64,000 nucleotides of DNA. It comes from Magallana gigas. Taxonomy: Eukaryota. The position numbers were made by a program, and so were the translations under genes. The notes under the pieces are model-generated. The model did no database searches, was not told where the DNA came from, and was given only the letters and a program-made list of their open reading frames with translations. Shown here one piece after another: positions 21,727 to 35,293 of the stretch. Where the stretch lies: positions 13,144,001 through 13,208,000 of the forward strand of contig NC_088857.1 in NCBI RefSeq assembly GCF_963853765.1. Reading direction: 5' to 3'. Numbering within the stretch: the first letter of the stretch is position 1; each line of letters starts with the position of its first letter.

Positions 21727-23059
21727 GTAAGGAATTCTGCTGATGTTACTTGACCATGAACTGAGTATTAATCTCATACCATGTTAGCTATGGTCTCCCT
21801 ATTTCCTCTGGCAAGGTTAATCACCTTCATTAGGCTTAAAGAGAAGAACTGTTTCTGATTTTCCAACAAGGTAAACATTGGGAATGCCTTGTTAACTTTT
21901 ATTGTATATTGTAAGAGTAATGTCATCTAAGTGTGCAAAGGTTTTCACTAATTAAGTCTCTTTCACGATGTCAAGAACCTGAATTGTTATGTAATGATTG
22001 GAGAATTTTCAATAATGTTTCAGATCAAGGGAAATATTTATAGGAAAGACTAATTAAGGTCTCAGAATTGTTTTTCTTCTATTTTCATTTTGCTGATCAC
22101 TGCTTTAAGGTCATCTAGTAAATGAAAGGAGCCTACAGGTTAATGAAGTTTGAAATAGTTCAAGTACAAAATTTTTTTTGATAACAATAGCTCAGTTAAA
22201 AAGGTTTATCCAAGGTTTTTTACTTATTGTACTAGTACATGCAATGAAATAATACTGTTAATGGTGGATATATATTATCATCAATAGTTTAAATTACATG
22301 TACATTGAGAGAAGTTTGTTAAATATGAACACAATTAGATATTCAGCTGTGAATACAAAAAATTAAATATCGAATGAATTTATCAGAAGCTCAATTACTG
22401 GAAAATAGGAAAAAAAAATCTAATTTCAAATTTTAATATATACTTTTCAAATATTAGATTTATATCAAAATAAAATTTTAACAAAGGAGCTGACTCTCTA
22501 TTAGCTTACCGGAGTCACAATCATTGAATATACTCTTATTGAAGGAAGGCTGGCATCTGTAGTAAGTGTTTGGTCACAGGATCACTTATCAAAATTTCAG
22601 TCTCTACACAATGATTAGTGAATAAGAAAATCTTTGAGGTTCTTTTTCCAATGAAGAAGCTAGGGCTGCACTCTTTGGAAAGGGGGGATGAATTCCTTGT
22701 TTAGAGAGAAGAATGTAACTGGTACTGTAATACATGAAGGGTATTCTAATATTAGTACATAATATCAATTCTAGTAAGCCCAGTCTTTTAGAAAATAAAT
22801 GTAAAAATTTCATTAAAAACGACCAAGTTGTCTCTGAGAAATCGCTGGCACAAAATTTGTAAGAAAAATACAGTAATAAGAATAGGGAAAAAGAAACAAA
22901 AAAAATCCAAGAAGGTCTTCAGTTGGAAACTAAAAATGTTACTACATGTAAGTGCAAGATGTTTTTCAAAATTTACTGTATATCAAATATTGTGATATAT
23001 AAAACATAATGATGTGAAATAATTCACACGATAAAAATGCATCTCTGTCTTTTTCACAG

Positions 23060-23258
23060 CATAACGGAGATGGCCAAAGGGATCCTGGAAGCCACATTCA
23101 CACATTCCAAGAACCTGGCTTGTTTTGTGTTTGTGTACAAAACCTTGACCAATCTCATGGCCTGGTTCGAGACGCACGAGAAACAGTACCAGTCATTTAT
23201 CGCTGCATTCATTGGAGGTTACTTTGTATTTGGAAAATACAATAAAGTTAATGAGCAG
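23060..23258 (+). CDS. PXMP4: PXMP4 exon 3
   Basis: ILEATFTHSKNLACFVFVYK...FIGGYFVFGKYNKVNEQ. Confidence 0.96.
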
Positions 23259-23567
23259 GTATGTAAAAAAATGCATATGAAATTAAAAGATATTTATCTC
23301 CCTTGAAATGCTCTTTGTATTTTCAGAAACAGATACATTTTACAAATGATAAGATTATTTCCTTTATTGTCAACCGATAAATAGGGTGAAACAATTTTAT
23401 TACGTACTGTACAGTTTCTGTAATGAAGAACTTCAGGTCCCAATTGATAATCATTACAAATTCATGAAAAGACCTGCGTGGTTACTATTAATATGATTTC
23501 ACTTAATAAAGCTTTATTATGAGTGTTGACTTTAATATATAAAATTTTGAACTGCTCTTTTGTCCAG

Positions 23568-23816
23568 ATCAACCTGTACTTGCTGTCTAGAATTCTGTAT
23601 GGACTGGCTAAATTAGCCGTAAAACGTGGCTACGTTCCGGCTCCAAAAGGGGAGGTGTTCCCGTGGTTTGCTGCCATTGTGTGGGGGATCGTGTTGTGGC
23701 TCTTTGAGTATGAACAAGACACTCTCCAGCCATCGTTGAAATCATCCATGACCTATCTTTATCATGATAGCAACAGATGGAATAATTTTAAAAATTTTCT
23801 GATTTATAATAAATGA
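23568..23816 (+). CDS. PXMP4: PXMP4 last exon (201 aa total)
   Basis: INLYLLSRIL...WGIVLWLFEY...LQPSLKSSMTYLY then stop. Confidence 0.96.
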   Translation: MNLYLLSRILYGLAKLAVKRGYVPAPKGEVFPWFAAIVWGIVLWLFEYEQDTLQPSLKSSMTYLYHDSNRWNNFKNFLIYNK

Positions 23817-24886
23817 TACCTTTATATGCAGGGACTATATTACTGTACATGTGTAATTAATAAGATATTGATTAAAATCAAGTTTAGTATGATTTTAAAG
23901 ATGACAGCAGGTGATGTTTTTATTCTGAGAATTTTGTGTCCAATAACTTTTGACTGTAATTTTTGTTGCAATATGTGAAGTCAGTATTTGTTCAATGTTT
24001 ACATGTACTCTAATAGTGATCAAGCATTTGGAAATCTTTACAAATCAGTAATCAATACCAGAACCAATCGGTCATGTTTACACTACCATATCTAATTATG
24101 TTCATTACATTATTGTATATCACAGGCTCATTACCATATGTATTGAAAATATACGTTTACTATTGTTATGCGGTAAATTAAAGATATTTAATGAATTGAT
24201 AATTTACTTTTTGCATTTTTGCATTTGTAACTACATATACATGTATAACACAAAGTTCTTAAATTACGCCTTTTTTAGCCTACCTGAGCTAAAGCTTTAT
24301 TTAGAATTAGAAAGTCATTTTTTTGGTGGTTTTATTTGACGCTTTCAGTTTTGCAGTAAAAATCGTGCCTCGTGTTTATATAGTCTATTTCCTAGAATCT
24401 AGGTACTTGTAGTCAAATATAAAATCTAGACGTTTACTGATTTTAAACTTTATCCCCATTAATTGGTGGATAAAATGAGTTCTAGAAATAAATGTGACAA
24501 TAGAAAATATAGGTTTTTCTGCTCTTGCAACAATTAACATGCTAAAAAGCGGTCCCTTCCTAAGGATTAATTTTCGATCCGCGCCTGACCTAGTAATAGC
24601 ATCAATATTGAACAGACTATACTATTTTATGCAGAATGTTCCTTGAAATTGGCTTAATATACTAAGTTTTTATTCAAAACAGACACCTATTCGGATATGA
24701 TGTGAAAAACGACCAGTACTTACGTATTTTTAGAATATTATCCGAACACTTATACTTCTGCTCGAAATTTCACAGTAACTGAACAAATCTCTGGGAAGTC
24801 TCGTGAACTTTCATTCGAGCACCTCTGGATTTATAACATACTTTGCAACGATAAAGAAAACATTCCGAACACATTCGCAGGGGTGT

Positions 24887-25250
24887 TTAAGGTACCTCGT
24901 ACCTTGGCTCACTACACCTACACTTATACGTTTTAAGACACTACGTCACTAGACGGCGATTTAAATGTTTTGTTAAACTGTTTATATCATTCGTTTCGGT
25001 TGTATATCGTCGTAGCTCAGTGGTTAAAATATTAGGCTTCAGAGCCGCAGATCATGAGTTCGAATCCGCCTGGAGCTTTTGTTCATGTTAACAGAATTAA
25101 ATTTTCGAAAATGTAATTTTTCATTCAAAATTGCACATTTTTTTTTGCCTATTAGACTTAAATACTTCTTATCCATTATGATATATATCATAATCACGTA
25201 ATTTTCTGCTGATTAGAGAAAATATTTCACCGTGTAGTGAGCAACCTTAA
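24887..25250. mobile_element. TTAA-bounded MITE (Kolobok-like) carrying a tRNA-like cassette at 25009-25071
   Basis: TTAAGGT...GCTCACTACAC versus GTGTAGTGAGCAACCTTAA; internal TAGCTCAGTGG and GTTCGAATCC. Confidence 0.75.
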
Positions 25251-25717
25251 GGTCAAAGATGGACAAAACTGGCTGTTGAAAATTGAAAATGGGAAGGGAA
25301 ATAAAAAATTAATTCTTCTGAGGAGAATGATTTAGCAATAATTTACACAGAAGCAGTTAGAACAGATAATTTTATGATTATCAAAATTAAATAAAATTAA
25401 TTAAATTAAACGTATTCCTGGAGGTATAAGTGATAACTATTGAGTGGTAGAAAATTTTGATTTAAAAAAATGGTGCAATGAATGGGAGAAAGATAGCTAG
25501 AAGAACTTTAATATTAAAATCACACCATTTGTAACCATTGTAGTTATGAAAAAGATACTACTGTATGGTGGGGTCGAATTTTATTACGTACAATAAAGCT
25601 AGCTACATGTAGCTTATATAGGTTAGAGTAGGATGGTGTTGCTGAGGTGAGCAATGTGGTCTATAGGTTTCTTAGTACAAACGCCATATCTAAATATTTT
25701 TGGTAATTCTTGTGAGT

Positions 25718-25930
25718 TACTGTATGCAGGGAAATAATCGCCCTCGTTTTATTTTCGCTCCTTTCGCTCTCGTTGTCAAAAGGGCTAATTTAAGACTGAG
25801 CGAATTCCAATGTCTCAAATTATAACTATTTTAACACAGTTTATTTTGGCGACTTCAAGACTGGGAGATGCCGTTTGCAAGTGTAGAGGGTCGAAAATAA
25901 CATGAGGCGAAAATAACCTTGCATACAATA
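25718..25930. mobile_element. TA-flanked MITE
   Basis: TACTGTATGCAGG...ATCGCC versus GGCGAAAATAACCTTGCATACAATA. Confidence 0.7.
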
Positions 25931-26018
25931 TACGTTCTCAGAAATATGATATAGTAATTTTCAGGATTTTTATAAAAAAATTCAATATTCTTTATTAGAT
26001 AGAGTCTATATAAGAATC

Positions 26019-27134
26019 TACGAAAGCCGAATAGGGCCACATAAAAAAATATTTTTAACTCGTAATTACGAGAAAAGATCTCGTTATTACGAGTTATATA
26101 TATATAATTATCTCGTTATTACGAGAAAAGATCTCGTAATAACGAGAAGAGATCTCGTTATTACGAGTTAATTATCTCGTTATTACGAGAAAAGATCTCG
26201 TTATTACGAGATAATTTTCTCGTTATTACGAGTTAATTTTCTCGTTATTACGAGAAAAGATATATATAAAATGGTGCGTTTCTGAAAAGGATTCGACTGG
26301 ATCACTCTTTCAGTCTATCTTTTTCATGCCAGAAACGTTGTTTCGATTTTGAATAAATATTTAAAAATAACAACGATCATTATTCATTAATTTCTACATA
26401 TCAAAATGATTGGATTTGACATTTTATCTGATATTAATAAAAGGAAAGAACTTCATGTAATTTTTCTATTCAACTTATATATATATTATAATCCCACTCC
26501 GAAGTAAATACCAGGTAGTCCTATAGTCGTAAAAACACAATTTTATAAGTTACAGATAACTTTAATGACTATATAGTTTCAGTCATGGATATGGATATAC
26601 AGGATTTACCCGAATTTGTGTTTTATATGTTCATACACAACCTACATGTATATTGAAGATAATTGATTTTGTATATTAACATTTTGGAGTCTGAAAACAA
26701 ATTACACGTATCTTTCTTAATTATTGACAAATAGTTCAATGAATTTATTAATCAATCTGCTTTGCTAATTTTTCCGAAATTTCTTTAAAACTGCTTGGTC
26801 CGATTTTATGCGTTTTAAACGATGATTATGCAAAATAAGTGTATATTAATAGACATTGCAGTAATTCATACACTTTACATAAAAAGAATAGAATAATGAA
26901 ACGCGCCATTTTAAAAATAGATCGATTTTTCTCGTAATAACGAGATCTTTTCTCGTAATTACGAGATAATTAACTCGTAATTACGAGATCTTTTCTCGTA
27001 ATAACGAGATAATTAACTCGTAATAACGAGATATTTTCTCGTAATAACGAGATAATTAACTCGTAATAACGAGATCTTTTCTCGTAATTACGAGATAAAA
27101 ATATTTTTTTAAGTGGCCCTATTCGTCTTTCGTA
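26019..27134. mobile_element. Foldback-type element with long TIRs built from CTCGT(A/T)ATTACGAG arrays and 6-bp TSD AGAATC
   Basis: TACGAAAG.CGAATAGGGCCAC at both ends, inverted; AGAATC at 26013-26018 and 27135-27140. Confidence 0.9.
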
Positions 27135-27356
27135 AGAATCAGCCACTAAAATGACAAAAGTTCAGAATTGTACATGAATATTGTGAGCGAGGATGTTTCT
27201 ATAGGTTAAAAATTTTGCGGTTTTTTCGTAGTAGTGCTTTCGCTTGGGGTTGTTTTGCAAAATCACAGAAAAGTGGAAATTTGTCACTCATATCAGATCT
27301 ATGGTTTATTTGATTGCCTCGATTCTCTGACGACTGACTCTATTTGCAAGCGGTCA

Positions 27357-27451
27357 TAGCTGCAGGTCTGTAGCTCCCGGTCTGAAAAAGTTTGGATGGA
27401 CGAGGTCGTCCATCCGAATTTTTTTAGACCGGGGCTACAAACCTGCAGCTA
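27357..27451. mobile_element. 95-bp fully foldback MITE with 9-bp TSD (Mutator-like)
   Basis: TAGCTGCAGG...CCTGCAGCTA; AAGCGGTCA at 27348-27356 and 27452-27460. Confidence 0.9.
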
Positions 27452-28431
27452 AAGCGGTCATAAATTTGTGAAATTTTGGTTATCGTTAACTTATCAATGC
27501 GCCAACATTGTCCAATACGCATTTACCGAATGCATTTGGCAAAAGACGTCCGTCTTGGACGATAATAGTCAACACTGGACACTAGGAAGGGAATTCCAAA
27601 AAGTATTGAAATGACAATTTTTTAAATATGTTTCAGTGCCTATATTGTATAGAGATCAATCAAAAGTACGGCGAAAGTGTATTAACCCGTATGATTTATC
27701 ACTTTTATTAAGTTATTTTTTTTGCAGTATTTGTTGTGATTTTCATTAGTCTACAAGCACACATTTAGTCACCTCTTGGTAGTTGATATTTAAGGCCTCG
27801 AGGTGGCCAACCTGTGATTGATCCAGCAGCACGTGTACCCTACAGCAAACAAGGCCACGGATAATCAGCTATTTATATGCATTCATTCCACTTTTTTGTT
27901 AACATCAGAGAAAATGTTTGATTTGATAGAGAAGCATCTGTGTTAATAGACAATGAGTATTTCTGATATTATTCCTGGAATGTAATTTATCAGCAGTGAT
28001 TACGAAATGCCACTGAAAATTTGGGTGAAAATTACTCAATAGAACAGATGAAGGGAAAAAAACCCAACAAATATAGTATTTTTCATAATTTTTTTAAAAA
28101 ATCATTAATTACATAATGATTTAAAATACTGCTTACTGATACAATCTCAGTTTGGTATAAAATTAAACCCCGATCTTGCTACATAATGGACAGGATGGGA
28201 CTTACTGGTGATTATAAAATTGTGTATTTTCTTCGAAGGTACACTATGTTCAATTCATAAACATGTAGCTAGGTGCACTCCCAGATACAGGAACTGGATT
28301 TCTTCAACTGTCATCTACAGTAAATTTATACGTCTGTCTGGTTTCGTTGCTCAATTCAATCTCACCGGATTTTTGTTTACTCTGACCGTAAATTATTGCC
28401 TTGCTGTAAAATAATGATGTAGTCCTACATC

Positions 28432-29276
28432 CTATTCATCCTCAGGTTCGGGCTCCTCTGGTTCAGGTTCGGGCTCCTCTGGTTCAGGTTCGGGCTCCTC
28501 TGGTTCAGGTTCTGGCTCCTCTGGTTCAGGTTCCTCATGCTCCTCAGGTTCAGGTTCCTCAGGCTCCTCTGGTTCGGGCTCCTCTGGTTCAGGTTCGGGC
28601 TCCTCTGGTTCAGGTTCGGGCTCCTCTGGTTCAGGCTCTGGCTCCTCTGGCTCAGGTTCAGGCTCCTCTGGTTCAGGCTCTGGCTCTTCTGGTTCAGGCT
28701 CTGGCTCAGGCTCTTCAGGTTCAGGTTCTTCTGGTCCGGGGTCGGGAACATCATGTTCCGGTTCCTCTTGCTCTTCCGGTTCAGACTCGTGCGATTTTGA
28801 AGACTCGCTATCGGAGGAAGATGAGGATGAGGATGAAGATGAAGATTCTTTTTCATCCGTTTTTTCGTTTGTTTCATCTTTGTGAAGTTCCTCTCCAAGT
28901 TCATCGTTAGTACGTTCATCTCTTTTTTCCGTTTTCTCTTCGTCGTGTTCACAGGCTGATCCGTTCGACTTTACGGACCCCACTTCAGCCTCGTCTTCCT
29001 TCTTGATTTCGACTTCAACATTTTTGGTTTGATTTTCTGTGTCTTTCTCGCTAAGGTTAACTGATTCTACTTCAACCGTGAAAGCGCCAGCCTCTCTGTC
29101 TTCTTTTTCGTGGTCACTATCAGAATCAGATGTGCTAGCCCAACTACTAATGATAGAGGAGATAATACTTCCAGTGCTTTTCGTGCGATGAATCTTTTTA
29201 TGAACTTTCTTTTTCTTCTTTTCCTTTTTCACCTTCTCCTCTTTTTTCACCGTGTTTAAAGCTACGCTATTTGTGT
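28432..29276 (-). CDS. Last exon of an acidic Glu/Pro-repeat membrane protein
   Basis: TTACAG acceptor and 845-nt open frame: Lys-rich segment, Ser/Asp/Glu tracts, (EPEEPEP)n, then TAG. Confidence 0.85.
28442..28735 (-). repeat. Coding 21-bp minisatellite encoding EPEEPEP
   Basis: GGTTCAGGTTCGGGCTCCTCT-type units on the plus strand. Confidence 0.95.
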
Positions 29277-29754
29277 CTGTAATATGAAAAAAAAAACCAT
29301 ACAGAAATTATTTAAAAACAGCGACCCGGAATAGAGAGACAGAACTCACCGAATTTGAAAAGTTAAAAGGACAATTTCTTTCAAATTTTGCCTAGCAAGC
29401 CTAAATGCAAGGTATATTGAAAAGTATATTTCAGTCAAATTCCATATAAATGAGTGTACGAAGGGTCCCCTTCTCAGCTAAGTCTGATAACCCTTAAATC
29501 CGGGACATTTTTTGTTTGTAACAGAAATTCATTATTTTATTTTGTAGTAGTACTATAGTTTGATAAACATCACTGACTTTGGATTAGATTAAAACGTTAA
29601 GCATCAGCCATTTAACAATGACATAAAGGCTTTAAATAACAGTGTAAAATATCCGGAAAATTTATCGGGCTGAGGATTGGATAACCTTAAACTTCAAAGA
29701 CTATATACATGTATGTGTACATTAACAGTCGTTAGAGGAAGAATTAAGCCCTAC

Positions 29755-29898
29755 AGTGTACGTCGTTGTCTTGGGGGACATCTACACACAGAATTACGGC
29801 GAGGATGACCAGTGCTGCCCCCATCAGGCCAAATACAGCATAAGCTGAGTGGAACTCCTCTGTGTGTTCTGCATACTGGAGAGCTCGACCCGAGGTAC
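29755..29898 (-). CDS. Transmembrane-encoding exon, probably the same gene as 28432-29276
   Basis: TTTTTCAG acceptor; TSGRALQYAEHTEEFHSAYAVFGLMGAALVILAVILCVDVPQDNDVH. The phase-1 donor GTAGGG is weak. Confidence 0.55.
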
Positions 29899-32800
29899 CT
29901 GAAAAAAACCCCCCAAAAGTTTACAGAAAATGCAGTCAAATTCTCGCAATCTTTTTCATTGACATTTCGACAGGAATAGACAACAACAAAAACTTTAGCA
30001 AAGAAAGTTGGCTATGGCAAACTCATTTGACCCTTGTAAAGGACCTTATTGGATAAAAGTCTCGGGAAAAAATGTACGAGAGTAAGCGTCTCAATATGCA
30101 TGTAAATATATTGGTTAGGGAAATATAACTTCTTGAAATCCAGAGACAGTTTCCAATAAGTTACAAAGTGTTAGAGTTTTGCGGCTGCTTGGTAACTGAA
30201 AGGTTTCAACAACATGAAAACCATTAGTTTGAAAACAAATGCTTTTCATGGAACAGAAATTGATGTATTCGTTTTTGTATAAGAGATTTAGAAGTAAATC
30301 TCTGAATAGAAACGCCAAGTAACATGTACACCACTCCAAGGAAGAGTTAGTTTGATTTTACAGATACAGACATTTTGTTGGAATTTCGACGAATATCTGA
30401 CGCTCAATTCTTGAGTTTTTTAAAATGTATGTATGATGTATGTATTTTTGTCTGTTCTAAATTTTTGTAAACGTTGAATCTAAGAAACGAAATGCAAAAC
30501 CATCCTTTTCTACATAGACAACAGAACCGTAAAAGGTAGATTATTTGAAATATGATTTTATTTTAATCTTTGTGTCAGAGCAACCATTTATTACTCTATG
30601 TCACTGCTGTTAGATAGAGTGAATATAAAATTTATGTTTCTTTATTTATAAAAAATTATGAACTGTAAAATTATTAATCTATAGTCGCTGTCAGAGATAC
30701 TAGGAATTATAGGATAAAATCGACATTTAATCGTATACCTCAAGATTTCTGACAATTGAACCTTTCATCAGACAGTTACATGTATATTGTGATAATCTGT
30801 ATTCAGTTTGTGAATTGATCTTCATTCCCATATCTTTCCCAATCTATTCTAACACACATATTTTAGTCTTAATTTATCGGTAGCTTTCCAAGCAAAATTA
30901 TTTTTACTTTAGGGTATAAGAGTCGTTAAACGAATAAAGAAACCCGTGGTTGTATTTTTGGGTCAGATGGCCCGGAGATTGACATTTAAATGTTTTGTTT
31001 TTTCATTTGATGGTTTTTAATTACTTGACAATTGACAGTTTTTTTACGCCATAAAAACCGGAGCAAATGAAAGAAAACACCGTTCAGGCTGGTAGATACA
31101 TGTGCATTTGTTATGTCGTCCTTTGTACAGAAATGTTTCTCTTCATAAAAATTTATTTAAAAAAAAGAAATAAAGCTACATCCAAAATTATAATGCAAAA
31201 CAGTAGCAAAATAAAAATAGAGTTCATATTACTTTCATCAAACTCATTTGTCCACCATCTCTAAACATATTGTAAAGTATACTGAATTTCAATATTTCTC
31301 ATACAAGTATAATGCTCATCCAAAATATTTTTATTTCACCAACAGAATTAATTAACAACGCCCTCCATCCCATTTTTCTGATCAGTTATTTTTTTTTTTT
31401 TAATATTTTTAAATTATTTCTTATTATTAATACTTATTATTAATACTATGATTATATTTAATTGTTCGAACTAAGGGCTAATTATTTGAACCACAAGCCA
31501 GTCCTTCACTGTGTGGGGCAGGTGTTATTGTCAATAATGAAAAGTTTATTACATTCAACCCCTCATGGCCTCACAGAGCATGTCTGTATTTTCCGCAGTT
31601 TTCATCATCAACACGTTTTGATTTTTGATAACAAAGAAAACACAGACACTATATTATTTTTTTATTTTAAATTCCCATTTTTCTGATCACCACGCGTAAA
31701 CTTTGATCTTCGACTGCGTCTTTCTTCACCAACTCAAATGTAAAAAAAAAACAACAACTTTTGAGTATTGCAAATTAGGACAAGTCTAGAGGTGTGTCCA
31801 CCTACAAATACAGCACGTTGCTTGTACACATTTGCTTACATACATGTAGTTTTTTCGAATAACATTTAAAGTTGGAAAAAGAATCTTTTTTAGTGAAAGA
31901 AAGCATTAGAATGATAATTTTATTTAACCTCTATTTAAAAATTGTTTTCCGTTCCCATCAATGTCGTCGTGAAACAAATCTTACATTGGAAGAAAATTTC
32001 ACGTGAACAAAAAGTAAGAACGAGAGAACTGTGTAGGTGGTGTATGAGTATCAAAAACTGAAATATTTAATCATGATCAAAGTTTTGAAAATATTTTGCA
32101 TACTTTTTTTTATCTCGAGATACAACTTTCTAAATGACAAACTTGACCTCCATTGCCTTAAATTACGACATCTTATCTCCGTTTATTTATTTCGGACTCG
32201 AGAGTATATAAAAAAAAACGTCTTTTTAAACTCCTCCTCATTTGGTCACGTGTTTCTCTTTTTGGGGGGGGGGGGTTACAACAATATGGAGAAGACAGAT
32301 TGAGGTATTCATTACGATGAACTACAAGGATATTTATTAAATCAGATAAAAATATCAATAAGATTTAAAAAAAAAACGAGATAGACCAAAGTTTATAGGA
32401 GAGAGACACACGTGTATTCTTGTTGTAGTTAGCAACTTCTCGCGCTCAATTGATGTTATTTACGCTATGTCTCGTTTCAAGTACAAAAGAAATATAATTA
32501 CCATAATCACCATTTTAATATGTTGGTGAACAACTGTGGGATTAGGCGTTTATCGGAGTCTATGACTTACATTATGTGACTTTTAACGTTGAAATACTAG
32601 ACAGATTTCCTATATGATTCAAATGTGCGGATTTCCGTTGTTTTCCAGGTGCATGTACATGTAATACAAATTTCCGGTCTTTCCTGGTCACTGTACATGT
32701 AATCAGTCTGTTGATAATTACGTGCACGAAAAATCTACTTTATATCCAATTATGTGCAAGGTAACTTTTTAGAAGTACAAATAAACAGATGATCAAACCA

Positions 32801-33438
32801 CTCTATCAATTTGTTTATACATGTTGTTAAAAGTTGTCTATACAAGTTCAATATGTAATCATTTATTGAATAATAGGATAATATTTAAGGAAAGGATATA
32901 TATATCGATGATGTTCACGATACACATGTACTTATGAAGATAAAACCGGGATTAATTATTCAATAGATCACAATATATCTTATTTACACACAAGGCATTT
33001 ACTCCAACACTAAATATTCTTTTCAATTTTGAACAATCGTCAGCATACAGGGGCTAAGCCCGTTTCTATACCAAGATCTGCATTCCGATAAATAAATTCC
33101 ACAAAGGGTGAAATTAATATTTTAACCTGTACATTTTTGACAGAGCGCGACCCCCCTCCCCTTCAATGTTAAATCTATTATCATTATGAAAGACATGAAT
33201 TAGTTACTCTTGGGGTCGAGATGGGCTTGATATTTATGAACCGTCTAGCGAAGTTTCTATAGATGGGGTGTAATTAAGTAAGTTAAACACTGGACAATGC
33301 AAAACTATTTTAAATATTTATGTGCCCCATCCACACAGATCAACATCTAACTGTAAATCAGCTCTTTTATAGCTGTGTTCATGCATGGTCATACAGGTAC
33401 GTATATCTGTATACATAAAAATCACAAATAAAACTCAC

Positions 33439-33451
33439 TGGACATGTTCAT
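33439..33451 (-). CDS. Speculative start exon (ATG AAC ATG TCC A) for the Glu/Pro membrane protein
   Basis: Strong GTGAGT donor in phase 1; the three pieces join to a 333-aa frame. Confidence 0.3.
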
Positions 33452-35222
33452 GTATGCATGCAGTCTCAATGGGGCTGAGCGGAGAACAACACTGATTTTT
33501 AGATAAGTACTATCAAACCCAGCATTCAACCCCGCCTTCTAAACCGCCCCAGAAAATACCTACACAGGTGTAAGAACACAAAGTAGTCCGATACATCATT
33601 TTGACACCCATTGATGCTATATTCTCGAGCTGATATGATAATACTCGAGGCATAAAACATCAATCAAAAAACCTTACATGTTAAATTTTTTTTACGCATC
33701 AAACAGATGTCTTTGAGATGAATGAACGAAGACCATAAGTTTACCTTGAACCAGAACGCAGACGATAAGAGACACAAGAAGTTCCTCCATTCTGTACATG
33801 TGTTTCGTTGTTGTGTTAGTAAACACACCTCCGACCCGGATCAACGCTTCACCGGCTTCCCATGGCTAGAGGGAATCACCTACATTCTCATGTCAAGCAT
33901 GGTAATTTCATCTTTTGTTACTCGTCTTCTTATTTTTTTTTTATTATTGAGGTCAAGTTTAACGTAGTTGAAAATACCTTAAATGATTTTATCTCCGAGA
34001 AAAAGGTTTATTTGAGGTTAAGGTTTTTTTTTTTCTCAACCAGTTTGTACAATTGATATAATTTTAAATTTTATAATATGAAAATTTCGTATTACATGTA
34101 CACTCCTCCCCGGCGAGATCTGTTAGAATAATTATTATTATATATGAAAGTGTTATAAAGAAGTTACGGATTTAATCACACCTGGATGCTTTGGAATAAG
34201 AGTAATTATTACGATGGATAAAAATTTCCTCAATTTTGAAGTTGGAAAAGAAAGAATGAATGAGGAATGATAAAATGAATGAATGGCTTTTACGTACAGA
34301 GTAAGTGCAAATGTACTTGAGGCATCAAACCCCCTCTTTCAATCTGATTTTGATTTTAATAAAAATAGCTGATGGCGGACACACACTATTTCTAATTTGC
34401 TATATATTTTATCGATTCATGTACAATTTCATAAAAATTAGCAATTTTTGACTAACCCATATAAAAATGAAAAGGTTGCGCCATTCGGAAAACGCGAATT
34501 AAATAAATAAATATCAAAATGACGATTATTTCACATTTTAAATAGAATATTATTCATATTTTTCACATGAGTAAGAATAAAATTTTTGTCAGCTCCAGAA
34601 TCTGTTTGTTCTAAAGAAATACTGGAAAGGCGGAGGGGGGGGGGGTTGTAGAATCACTCATCATATCAACAAGCCTAGAAAGCAACAGCTGAGTGAGGAT
34701 AGACATCTTGAAATCAATTTAAAATTCCTGAAGGTTTATTGTCTAAATTTTTCTCATGAATCTTTTCATGCATGGATATCGGTTTTAGAGACAAATGCGA
34801 AACCACATTTGAACATCGTTTTACTGTTATATGCTACATGTAACTGTTATAAGAACTTATTTTATTATAAATTTCAATAGAATTACATGTCTCTTCGTAT
34901 AATCGTACCTTTTGTATGTATATATATCTATTCATACACTCATTTTCCGTAATACATGTATATATACAGATACTATTTGTGCTGCACATATGTTACAACA
35001 TCAATTGTCGCCATCTGTTTGAATTTTAGAACAATACAAAATGAATTATAAGATACCATATCACCAATACATACCTTGTCATGTCTCGGCAATCACAAAC
35101 ATTCACGATCACGAAGCTCAGGTTTATATTTGATTTTAAAATTGAATAATAAAAGGAGATGCGCATGCACTATTGAAAACGTACAAATTGACTGTGACGA
35201 GTTAGATTACCTAGATTACCGC

Positions 35223-35225
<3 letters not shown>

Positions 35226-35288
<63 letters not shown>
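35226..35288 (+). repeat. (GA)n microsatellite
   Basis: Directly visible. Confidence 0.98.

Positions 35289-35293
<5 letters not shown>

Noticed and set aside
25009-25071. Functional tRNA gene (also 40054-40130 and 51285-51352)
   Set aside because: Acceptor and T stems do not pair; reported only as tRNA-like cassettes.
28425-28952. Overlapping ORFs in other frames/strand (NLNQRS and FRFGLLW repeats)
   Set aside because: A 21-bp stop-free minisatellite stays open in several frames; only the EP frame connects to a splice acceptor and non-repeat coding sequence.
29350-29391. 42-nt AG/GTGAGT-bounded candidate exon on the minus strand
   Set aside because: It contains a stop in the phase needed to reach the acidic ORF; it could only serve a truncating isoform.
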